Shown here: positions 1 to 7,537 of the stretch, piece by piece
Layout: every line of letters begins with the position of its first letter
Position numbering within the stretch: position 1 is the stretch's first letter
DNA from: Candidatus Hydrogenedentota bacterium
GTDB taxonomy: Bacteria > Hydrogenedentota > Hydrogenedentia > Hydrogenedentales > GCA-2746185
Reading direction: 5' to 3'
NCBI GenBank assembly: GCA_046583315.1
Contig: JAYGCN010000069.1
Location: forward strand, 1 to 10,093
DNA length: 10,093 nucleotides
Program-made: the position numbers and the translations under genes
The notes under the pieces: model-generated
What the model was told of the DNA's origin: nothing
Database searches by the model: none
What the model saw: only the letters and a program-made list of their open reading frames with translations

Positions 1-10
1 GGAGTTGCTC

Positions 11-1285
11 ATGTCAGTCATAGAAGAACTAAAATGGCGCGGCCTGTTGAGTCAGGTCACGCACGATGAACTGGAAGCGAAGCTGAACTCGGAGTCGATG
101 ACGCTTTACGCCGGCTTCGATCCCACGGCGGACAGTCTGCACATCGGTCACATGCTGCCCATCATGGGCCTCGTGCATTTTCAGCGGGCGGGACATAAAC
201 CCATCGCCCTCTTGGGGGGTGCGACCGGTCTCATCGGTGACCCCAGCTTCAAAGCGGCTGAGCGGTCTTTACTGACCAAGGAAACGGTTCAGGGAAACGT
301 GGCCTGCATCCGCAAACAGCTCGAGAATTTCATCGAATTCGAAGGCGACAGCGCGGCGACACTCGTCAACAACATCGACTGGATGGAAAAGTGGTCCTTC
401 ATTGATTTTTTGCGCGACATCGGCAAACATTTTTCTGTAAATACGATGATGGCCCGCGACTCAGTGAAACAACGCCTCAACGATCGCGACCAGGGCATGT
501 CCTACACCGAATTCTCCTACAGCCTGCTCCAGTCCTACGACTACCTCCACCTCTACGACGAATTCGGCTGCCAACTGCAAATCGGCGGCAGCGACCAATG
601 GGGCAACATCGTGGCCGGTATGGACCTCACACGCCGCATGCACGACGACGCCAAAACCTACGGACTCACCATGCCCTTGGTCACCAAAGCAGACGGTACG
701 AAATTTGGCAAATCCGAGTCCGGCAACATCTGGCTCGACCCCGAACGCACCTCGCCCTACAAGTTCTACCAATTCTGGATCAACCAGACCGACGCGGATG
801 TCGTGCGCTACTTGAAATTCTTCACGCTGCTCACGCAAGAACAAATCGCGGATCTCGAACAGGAGGTCACCGACGAACCGCATCGTCGTGAAGCACAAAA
901 GAAACTCGCCGAAGAAGTCACGCGACTCGTACACGGCGACGAGGCCCTTAGCAATGCCGTAGCCGCCAGCCAGGCCATGTTCGGCGGGGATTTGTCCGGC
1001 CTCGACGAAGCGACGTTGCTCGACGTGTTCTCGGAGGTGCCTTCAGAGGAAATTGATCGCGCGACGCTCACGGCCGGAAACTCGCTACTCGACCTGCTCA
1101 CGGAACGCGGGATTTTTCAGAGCAAAGGAGAGGGTCGTCGCATGATCAAGAACGGCGGGCTCTACCTGAACAGTGAGCGGGTGGAGAAGGACGACGTTGT
1201 TTTCGGCGCGGACTCGTTGTTGACGGAGAACATGGCGGTGGTTCGCAAGGGCAAGAAAAATTATTACTTATTGAAAATCAATTAG
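11..1285 (+). CDS. tyrS: Tyrosine--tRNA ligase (class Ic) with C-terminal S4-like domain
   Basis: YAGFDPTADSLHIGH (HIGH motif), QIGGSDQWGNI, KFGKS (KMSKS-like), C-terminal SKGEGRRMIKNGGLYLN...VVRKGKKNY. GGAG at 1-4 supports ATG at 11 rather than the TTG at 5. Confidence 0.98.
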   Translation: MSVIEELKWRGLLSQVTHDELEAKLNSESMTLYAGFDPTADSLHIGHMLPIMGLVHFQRAGHKPIALLGGATGLIGDPSFKAAERSLLTKETVQGNVACIRKQLENFIEFEGDSAATLVNNIDWMEKWSFIDFLRDIGKHFSVNTMMARDSVKQRLNDRDQGMSYTEFSYSLLQSYDYLHLYDEFGCQLQIGGSDQWGNIVAGMDLTRRMHDDAKTYGLTMPLVTKADGTKFGKSESGNIWLDPERTSPYKFYQFWINQTDADVVRYLKFFTLLTQEQIADLEQEVTDEPHRREAQKKLAEEVTRLVHGDEALSNAVAASQAMFGGDLSGLDEATLLDVFSEVPSEEIDRATLTAGNSLLDLLTERGIFQSKGEGRRMIKNGGLYLNSERVEKDDVVFGADSLLTENMAVVRKGKKNYYLLKIN

Positions 1286-1362
1286 TGCGCCTTGCACAAT
1301 TCTGGTAATTGGTCGCTCTGGTGCACCTGAACCGAGTTGACCATACAGGGAGTAATAGGAAT

Positions 1363-1551
1363 ATGGACAAGGTCGTAAGAAGGGAATTTCTCGGAAGTTG
1401 GATCTTCGTTACAGTTCTATGCGCAACCGGATTTGGTATCCCCATCGCCATTATATATCTAATCAATAACACGATAGAGCTGCATACCGAGATTTCGGAT
1501 TCAGAAGAGTTCGTCAGGTTATTCAAAACAAGAAAATCTAAAAAGCAATGA
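1363..1551 (+). CDS. Small (62 aa) predicted membrane protein of unknown function
   Basis: ATG at 1363 is preceded by purine-rich AGGGAGTAATAGGA. Hydrophobic stretch WIFVTVLCATGFGIPIAIIYLI, basic C-terminus. The stop overlaps the next start (ATGA, 1548-1551). Confidence 0.75.
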   Translation: MDKVVRREFLGSWIFVTVLCATGFGIPIAIIYLINNTIELHTEISDSEEFVRLFKTRKSKKQ

Positions 1552-2117
1552 GCCGTTTTGAAGAAAAGGTTTTACACTTTTTTGAAATCATTCACCCTTT
1601 GGATCAGGTCAAGCGAGCCGGATATGTTCTTCGCGGCGTACCAGAGCCTGAGTCCGTCGCGGCGCACAGTCATTTCGTGTCCGTGTTGACCCTGCTTGTG
1701 TGCGACCAGTATCCCGACGACTTCGATCGCGAGAAGGCCATCACGCTTGCGTTGACTCATGATCTCTGTGAATCTCAACTCATGGACATCCCTATGCCCG
1801 TAGCCGATGCGCACCTCAGAGAAGCCAAAGATGCCGCTGAACAAGCCATCACCGAAGAACTCTTCAAAGGCTTCGACGACAAATACGCGGCGTACCATCA
1901 GGAATTCCTTGAAGCCTCATCCCCCGAAGCCAGGCTCGTGCGCGGGCTCGACAAGGCGCAGATGATGATCAAGATTGTCATGTATCAGCAAGAAGGAAAA
2001 GGGCGCCTCAAGGAATTCTGGCTCAACCCCAAAAATTTCAACGACTTTGGCCTCGATCAAGTCTCAAGAATATTCGATACCATCTGCGAAGCCGCCGGAA
2101 AACCCCGTCCGGTCTAA
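1548..2117 (+). CDS. HD-domain metal-dependent phosphohydrolase (YfbR/HDDC2-like, HD_3)
   Basis: KRAGY...ESVAAHS, HD doublet in THDLCES...DIP, and SPEARLVRGLDK match the 5'-deoxynucleotidase-type HD family. The substrate cannot be determined from sequence. Confidence 0.88.
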   Translation: MSRFEEKVLHFFEIIHPLDQVKRAGYVLRGVPEPESVAAHSHFVSVLTLLVCDQYPDDFDREKAITLALTHDLCESQLMDIPMPVADAHLREAKDAAEQAITEELFKGFDDKYAAYHQEFLEASSPEARLVRGLDKAQMMIKIVMYQQEGKGRLKEFWLNPKNFNDFGLDQVSRIFDTICEAAGKPRPV

Positions 2118-2120
2118 GCG

Positions 2121-4271
2121 CTACTGCTTCACCGTAATCTTCTGCCCGATCTGCAGCACCGGGTCACGCTTCCAGTTGTTCCAGGCATACAAGTCCCGCA
2201 GCGACACGTCATACCGTTGCGCAATCACGCTCGCACTTTCTCCCTTGCGCACTACGTGGGTGACCTCCTTGGAAGTCACGACTTCGCCACCCTTGATGAT
2301 ACGCGTACCGGGACTCTGAATGGTCAACCGATCGCCCACATGCACGATAGAAGACTTGCTCAAACCGTTCCAGCGCAGCAGATCCGACACACGAACACCA
2401 TAGGCCTGCGCGATCACACCGGGATTCTCACCCGATACGACCGTATGCGTCACCGTCGCCCGCTTCGAATCGTTCGCGACTGAATTGCCCTGGCTACCGT
2501 AAATTTTTATCTTGTCACCCACGCGAATCGTCGACTTCGCCGTCAATCCGTTCCAGGACAATAAATCCTTCCGTTTCACGCCATGATTTCGCGCGATTTT
2601 GTTCAGGTAGTCCCCGCGCTTGACCACGTATGTCGATGGCCTACCCACCGGTCTCGCTTTCGTTGTCGGTGCAGGAAGCGACCCAATGTTCGTGCCGGTC
2701 GACGCGGACACATACAAGCGATCCCCAATATGGATGCGTGTTTGGCTACCCATCATGTTCCACGCTTGTAGCTGTTTGACCGACGTGCGATTTTGAGAAG
2801 CAATCCGCGAAAGACTGTCGCCACCGCGAACCGTGTGAACCTTGCGACCGCCACTGCTCGATGCCGTCACCGCGCCGCTACCCATGCGACCCGGTATGAC
2901 CAAGCGCTGATTAATCTGCAACTTGCGCGGCGAGCTGATGTTGTTCGCCTGCATCATCACCTTGGCCGAAACCTGATACAACGCCGCGATCTCAGACATC
3001 GTCTCGCCCCGACGAACCACATGCGTGTCCGGCCGCAACTTCGGAAGCGAATTCAGTGCGACCCGAATCGCGCTTTCCTTATGCATAGGCACATACAAAT
3101 CCGTCGTGCGATTCGGAGGCGTATATCCATACAGGAACTGAGTATTCAATTTCTGCAACGACCCCGACGCCATGCCCGCCGCCTTCTCAAGATCGCTTAT
3201 CATGTACGCGCCAGAAATCTTCACCATCGATGTCGTCTCAACCGGCTCAGGCTCAGGCGCATACGAAAACCCATAACGCTCAGGATCATTCGCTATCAAC
3301 GCCGATGCAAGCAACTTCGCATAAAATTTCTTCGTTTCCCGGGGAATTCGACTCGAAGCCGGCGGCGTTTCCATCAGTTGCCACCAATCCCGCTGGCCGC
3401 CATTCATCGCAATCGCCCGCTCTATACCGCCCTCTCCGCGATTATAAGCCGATACGGCCAACGGCCAGCTATCGAAAAGGTCGTACAAGTCGGAAAGATA
3501 CTTGATGCTGGCCTGCGTCGACTTTTTCCAGTCATAACGCTGGTCCATAAAGTGATCCCGCTCGAGGCCGAAACGTTTTCCCGTGCTCGGCATAAACTGC
3601 CACATCCCGCCAGCACCCACCCGCGAATTGATTCGCGGCGTAAACTGACTCTCCACCATCGCCAACCACACCAGATCATTGGGCAGACCCGCTCTCTCAA
3701 ATTCCCGCCGAATGTACGGCAGGTATCGTGCACTGCGATTCAATCCCGCCTGAAAGTTTTTCGGGTAGGACTGTTGAATATGGCGAATTTCCGCCAGTAC
3801 ACGATCATTCAAAGGATCGGGATACTCCAACTCTGAACGAACCGCAAGCAGACCGATTTCTTCGATCGCCAGGCTCGGTGTCGTCGTTTCGTACAGGCGC
3901 GCAACCTTCGTCGTTTCATTCAAGATGCGCGAAAATTCTTCGCGAAGCGTATAAAAGACGGAAGGATCCAGATCCGATTCAAGCAACAATTCCATCATCG
4001 TGTTGTACTCAGCGTATGCCGTTTCTTTGTCGCCCGCCTCCTGCGCACGATTCGCCGCATCAAAAGCACTCTGGGCCTGTTCAAGCAATCGACCGGCATT
4101 CGCCGCGGGCATTAAATCCTGTTCACCTATGATCGGCACGGGAATCGGCTTAAACTGGTAACTGCTCGTACCATCGGCCAATTGCTGATCGGGTGTCGTC
4201 GCGCAACCCGCCAAGATGAGTATCGTCAAAAAAGCAAAGGCATAGCTAAAGATGGAATGGCGTACCGGCAC
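2121..4271 (-). CDS. mltD: Membrane-bound lytic murein transglycosylase D-like lipoprotein (SLT domain plus LysM repeats)
   Basis: SLT motifs LAMVESQF (catalytic Glu), AGGMWQFM, AYNRGEG, IPRETKKFY. Five clear LysM repeats (HVVRRGET, HTVRGGDS, YVVKRGDY, HTVVSGEN, HVVRKGES). GTG at 4271 follows a GGGGAG SD and yields a signal peptide with lipobox LAGC (Cys23). Confidence 0.92.
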   Translation of the reverse strand: MPVRHSIFSYAFAFLTILILAGCATTPDQQLADGTSSYQFKPIPVPIIGEQDLMPAANAGRLLEQAQSAFDAANRAQEAGDKETAYAEYNTMMELLLESDLDPSVFYTLREEFSRILNETTKVARLYETTTPSLAIEEIGLLAVRSELEYPDPLNDRVLAEIRHIQQSYPKNFQAGLNRSARYLPYIRREFERAGLPNDLVWLAMVESQFTPRINSRVGAGGMWQFMPSTGKRFGLERDHFMDQRYDWKKSTQASIKYLSDLYDLFDSWPLAVSAYNRGEGGIERAIAMNGGQRDWWQLMETPPASSRIPRETKKFYAKLLASALIANDPERYGFSYAPEPEPVETTSMVKISGAYMISDLEKAAGMASGSLQKLNTQFLYGYTPPNRTTDLYVPMHKESAIRVALNSLPKLRPDTHVVRRGETMSEIAALYQVSAKVMMQANNISSPRKLQINQRLVIPGRMGSGAVTASSSGGRKVHTVRGGDSLSRIASQNRTSVKQLQAWNMMGSQTRIHIGDRLYVSASTGTNIGSLPAPTTKARPVGRPSTYVVKRGDYLNKIARNHGVKRKDLLSWNGLTAKSTIRVGDKIKIYGSQGNSVANDSKRATVTHTVVSGENPGVIAQAYGVRVSDLLRWNGLSKSSIVHVGDRLTIQSPGTRIIKGGEVVTSKEVTHVVRKGESASVIAQRYDVSLRDLYAWNNWKRDPVLQIGQKITVKQ

Positions 4272-4332
4272 AGTTATCGCTCCCCTGAAATGTCCCCTTT
4301 GCGCGGGCAATCACTCAGCCCGAACTTCGAAA

Positions 4333-4341
4333 ACTATACCA
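4333..4341 (-). promoter_or_regulatory. Putative extended -10 promoter element (TGgTATAGT) for the mltD-like gene
   Basis: The minus strand reads TGGTATAGT about 60 nt upstream of the GTG start. The -35 position is weak (ATGGCA). Confidence 0.5.
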
Positions 4342-4367
4342 TATTGGACAACTCCTGCCATAACGGC

Positions 4368-4397
4368 TTGCCCAGACCCAATCCCAAACGATACAAT
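4368..4397 (+). promoter_or_regulatory. Putative sigma70-type promoter for the 4432-6758 unit
   Basis: TTGCCC (4368-4373), 18-nt spacer, TACAAT (4392-4397), followed by SD GAGAGGA and ATG at 4432. Confidence 0.5.
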
Positions 4398-4431
4398 ACC
4401 CCCTTCTACATCGAGAATTACGAGAGGACAC

Positions 4432-5013
4432 ATGGCTTCCGATACTGGATACATTAACTATTTCGATGCGCTGGGCATCGCCGAAGACGCACACACTGGC
4501 GAAGTACACAAAGTCTACAAGCGCATCATGAAGAAGCTTCTGCAAGAGATTTCCCAAGGCGAGCTCACTCCCGATCGCAGAAATCAATTCCTGCTCGACA
4601 TGGCGCGCACCAATGCCGCCCTCTTCGTGCTAAAGGACAAAGATCGGCGCGAAACCTATACCACCGCACGCCAGGAAGTCATGGATCTTGAAGCAACCTG
4701 GTGTGCCACCGACCGCGACGATTATGAACTGAATAACAAATATCGAGCCGATTTCGACACGAAAGTCCGTTCCTTCCTGTCAAAATACGTCGAAGAAATG
4801 ACGTTGACGGCCGGCCAGGACAAGGAAGTTATCGAGGCCAGCCGTTGGGAAGCAGGCCACGCGCGCGCCGCCACCGAAATACTGCGCTACTATCGACATC
4901 ACCTCTACAACCAGATCCTCGAACGCCTTCCCTACCACGAAGTCACCGAGCCCAATATTGATTGGGACGAGCGACACGGGATCATAAAGACGATGCTCGA
5001 AGGATTGGTGTAA
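4432..5013 (+). CDS. J-domain-like protein lacking the HPD motif (193 aa)
   Basis: NYFDALGI..A...EVHKVYKRIMKKL and MARTNAALFVLKDKDRRETY resemble J-domain helices I-II and III-IV. SD GAGAGGA precedes ATG 4432, so the ORF-track extension from 4252 is unlikely. Confidence 0.75.
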   Translation: MASDTGYINYFDALGIAEDAHTGEVHKVYKRIMKKLLQEISQGELTPDRRNQFLLDMARTNAALFVLKDKDRRETYTTARQEVMDLEATWCATDRDDYELNNKYRADFDTKVRSFLSKYVEEMTLTAGQDKEVIEASRWEAGHARAATEILRYYRHHLYNQILERLPYHEVTEPNIDWDERHGIIKTMLEGLV

Positions 5014-5014
5014 C

Positions 5015-6094
5015 ATGGCTAAAGTGGCAGTCCAGACCCAAAAAGTCATCGATTTCGATCTCGCACAAAAAGCGTTTGCGAAATCCGTGGACGATGGCGA
5101 CATGGTGACCTTCAATATACTTTTCTCTTCCCTATCGCCCCTACGGGTTGGCACGACCGAAGTGCTGGATACAGAAAAATACGAGTATTTGCGCCCCGAT
5201 AGCGAACAAGAGAATTCGGCCACCTACAAAGAAGCCATGATACAAGTGAAAAACGTGCTCACCTGGGGCTTCATCAAAAACGAACTCGAAGCAGAACGTC
5301 CCGCGCAGTTGCCTTCGGAGTTGCTCATTTTATTGGCGGACAACGCCGTACGTCGCTCAAAATTCACAATGGCGTCCCAAGCCTACGAAATGCTTCGCAT
5401 CCGTCGAAAAATGCAATCCGAATTCTTCGCCCAGGCAGACGAGGCCCTGCACGCCAACGACATTCCCAAGGCCGTCCAAGGCTATCTCGTGGCCACCGGG
5501 CTCGCCTACGACTATTCCGCCTTCCCCGAACCGCTTCCCAAAGTCGCACAATACCAAACCACCGCGTTGCAGCTACACGGGCACTACCCACGCGATCCGC
5601 AGGACTGCATCGCCGTGCAACCAGAAGAAATCCACACAAACGCCGGCCTGAACTATTTGCTCAACGACGACGAAGCCTTCACGCGACTACTTGAGTTCCC
5701 GCTGGATACCCGCCTGGCATTCCTAAAAGAACTCATCACGCGTATCGACACAAACTGGGACGAATTCGTCACAAAATACAAGAACGCATGCGCCCTGATT
5801 CAGCAGTTTTCCGATCGCATGGAACATCAGAAAGCGACACTCGCAGACGAGATCGAAGAACAACAAGGGCACAATCCAGACGACATCATGATTGCCCTGC
5901 TCGGCCGAAAAATTGAAGGCGGTTCATGGTGGCAATACCTAAAAGAACTCGCATACGAGCATCCCGCCGGTGTCCTGTTCATCTCGCGACTGCGCGTAGG
6001 CAATCACGAAATTCTAAAACCGACTCTCTTGGCTGGCTCAGCCGTTTCAGGAACACTCGGTCTCGCGGAAGGAATTCCAGAAGCCGGAAAATAA
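5015..6094 (+). CDS. Hypothetical protein (359 aa, acidic, probably alpha-helical, soluble)
   Basis: Long ORF starting 1 nt after the upstream TAA, with a protein-like composition. No recognisable catalytic motif, signal peptide or TM segment. Confidence 0.85.
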   Translation: MAKVAVQTQKVIDFDLAQKAFAKSVDDGDMVTFNILFSSLSPLRVGTTEVLDTEKYEYLRPDSEQENSATYKEAMIQVKNVLTWGFIKNELEAERPAQLPSELLILLADNAVRRSKFTMASQAYEMLRIRRKMQSEFFAQADEALHANDIPKAVQGYLVATGLAYDYSAFPEPLPKVAQYQTTALQLHGHYPRDPQDCIAVQPEEIHTNAGLNYLLNDDEAFTRLLEFPLDTRLAFLKELITRIDTNWDEFVTKYKNACALIQQFSDRMEHQKATLADEIEEQQGHNPDDIMIALLGRKIEGGSWWQYLKELAYEHPAGVLFISRLRVGNHEILKPTLLAGSAVSGTLGLAEGIPEAGK

Positions 6095-6137
6095 ACCCCA
6101 CCACCGCGCGACCAGGTTCCAATCCAGGAGCTACACA

Positions 6138-6758
6138 ATGGGTCTCCTATTCGACATCCACCTGCACACGTCCCGCTACTCCGGCGACAGCACCATCGAT
6201 CCCTTTCGCCTCATACCTCAAGCCGTGAAAGCAGGACTCCACGGCATCGCGATCACCGAACACCATCGCGTCTGGCCTCAAGAAGAATTGGACGAGTTAG
6301 TGGCCGATGCCAACGAACCCGGCTTCATACTGCTCTCCGGATTTGAATATACCTCCTCCCACGGAGACGCCCTGATCTACGGCCTCAACCCCGACCAAGC
6401 CGATACCTTTATTCCCCGCCAGCTTTCCCCCGCAGAAGCCGTTGCCCGAGCCCACCAATGGGGTGCCGCCTGCGTGGCCGCCCATCCGACCCGCCAAGGT
6501 CTCGGATTCGATGAACAACTATTCGATATCCCCTTGGAGGCCATCGAAGCACGCAGCTGCAATCTCAACAACAACGAACAACGACTCGCGCTAACGTTAT
6601 CGACCGACCTGAATCTACGCTCAACCGCCAGTAGCGACGCGCATCGCATTCAGGATGTCGGAAAATTCGCGACCGAATTCACCCTAGCCATTCAATCCAT
6701 AAACGATCTCGTCGCCACCCTCCAGAACGGCGATTTCAGACTGCCCCGGTCGGCCTAA
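6138..6758 (+). CDS. PHP-domain metal-dependent phosphoesterase
   Basis: DIHLHT, SGDS, AITEH, GFEY, AAHP, IEA, ASSDAH motifs. AGGAG SD upstream. Confidence 0.9.
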   Translation: MGLLFDIHLHTSRYSGDSTIDPFRLIPQAVKAGLHGIAITEHHRVWPQEELDELVADANEPGFILLSGFEYTSSHGDALIYGLNPDQADTFIPRQLSPAEAVARAHQWGAACVAAHPTRQGLGFDEQLFDIPLEAIEARSCNLNNNEQRLALTLSTDLNLRSTASSDAHRIQDVGKFATEFTLAIQSINDLVATLQNGDFRLPRSA

Positions 6759-6799
6759 TCGCGAATTTCATACCAACTAGAAAAATCGCTCCAAAAACA

Positions 6800-6808
6800 T
6801 GGTATAGT
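6800..6808 (+). promoter_or_regulatory. Putative extended -10 promoter element (TGgTATAGT) for lepB
   Basis: TGGTATAGT in an AT-rich 74-nt intergenic gap, about 25 nt before the lepB start. Confidence 0.5.
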
Positions 6809-6832
6809 ATAAGAATAATTGGGCACGATGGT

Positions 6833-7537
6833 ATGAGGATGAACAACTTGGAAAGCGAAGAAAACCCTTCTCGACAAGAAGCGGAAACGGAAGAAAATCC
6901 TTCCCCGCAAGAAGTCGTAGAATCCGAAAAAAAGGAAGAGGCGCAGAATCTCAAGCGCGAGATCGTCGACTTCGTCAAGCTCGTCATCTGGTTTCTGGTC
7001 GTTTTCCTGAGCCTCAAATTCTTCGTGCTGGAAGGCTACGAAGTCCAAGGCGAATCCATGGAGCCCAACCTCTACACCAGCGAACGCATTCTCGTTTTTA
7101 AACTGCCCCATCAACTCAGTCAAAGCGGATTCTTCGGCTCTTTCGAACCCTTCGAACGCGGAGACATCATCGTGTTCAACAGTCCCGATTCAAAAGAAAA
7201 ACGCTACGTCAAACGCATCATCGCCGTGGGACCAAAACCTTCCTCTGGCACCGTCGAAGCAGGCACCCAGAACGAAGACACCGTACACGTCGAGTTCGAT
7301 CACGGAAAAGTATTCGTCAACAATCACATCGTTACCGAAGACTACCTCTCCGAAAACAACAAGACCTCCCCCGATAAACGTAGCCTCGATCTGGACCCCG
7401 GACAATACTACGTGCTCGGCGACAACCGACGCGTCAGCAAAGACAGCCGCACCTTTAACGCCATCGAAGACGACGCGATAATTGGCCGCGCCATACTTCG
7501 TTTCTGGCCACCGAGCAAGATAAGCTTGATGCGATGA
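6833..7537 (+). CDS. lepB: Signal peptidase I (S26)
   Basis: One N-terminal TM (FVKLVIWFLVVFLSLKFFVL), box B VQGESMEPNL (Ser), box C RGDIIVF, box D YVKRII (Lys), box E GDNRRVSKDSR. The start may be 6833 or 6839. Confidence 0.95.
   Translation: MRMNNLESEENPSRQEAETEENPSPQEVVESEKKEEAQNLKREIVDFVKLVIWFLVVFLSLKFFVLEGYEVQGESMEPNLYTSERILVFKLPHQLSQSGFFGSFEPFERGDIIVFNSPDSKEKRYVKRIIAVGPKPSSGTVEAGTQNEDTVHVEFDHGKVFVNNHIVTEDYLSENNKTSPDKRSLDLDPGQYYVLGDNRRVSKDSRTFNAIEDDAIIGRAILRFWPPSKISLMR
6851..6916 (+). repeat. Imperfect 33-nt tandem duplication in the lepB 5' region
   Basis: 6851-6883 versus 6884-6916 match at 25 of 33 positions by manual comparison. They encode ESEENPSRQEA and ETEENPSPQEV. Confidence 0.8.

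Noticed and set aside
1..10. T-box leader for tyrS
   Set aside because: The upstream region is outside the window and cannot be assessed.
1285..1297. GTGCGCCTTGCAC mini-hairpin after tyrS as a terminator
   Set aside because: The stem is too short and has no U-tract.
2793..3836. 347-aa plus-strand ORF
   Set aside because: It lies wholly antisense to mltD, is Arg/His-rich and has no motifs, as expected of a shadow ORF from codon bias.
4272..4310. Longer mltD start given in the ORF track
   Set aside because: GTG at 4271 has a GGGGAG SD and gives a normal-length lipoprotein signal peptide.
4252..4431. N-terminal extension of the J-like ORF containing CPLC (possible zinc knuckle)
   Set aside because: It overlaps the mltD start and both promoter candidates. 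The strong SD sits before ATG 4432, so the CxxC is probably not translated.
4432..6758. Anti-phage defence system reading of the unknown operon (PHP as in Ppl)
   Set aside because: The PHP protein is stand-alone with no fused ATPase, the context is housekeeping, and there are no mobility genes or obvious compositional shift.
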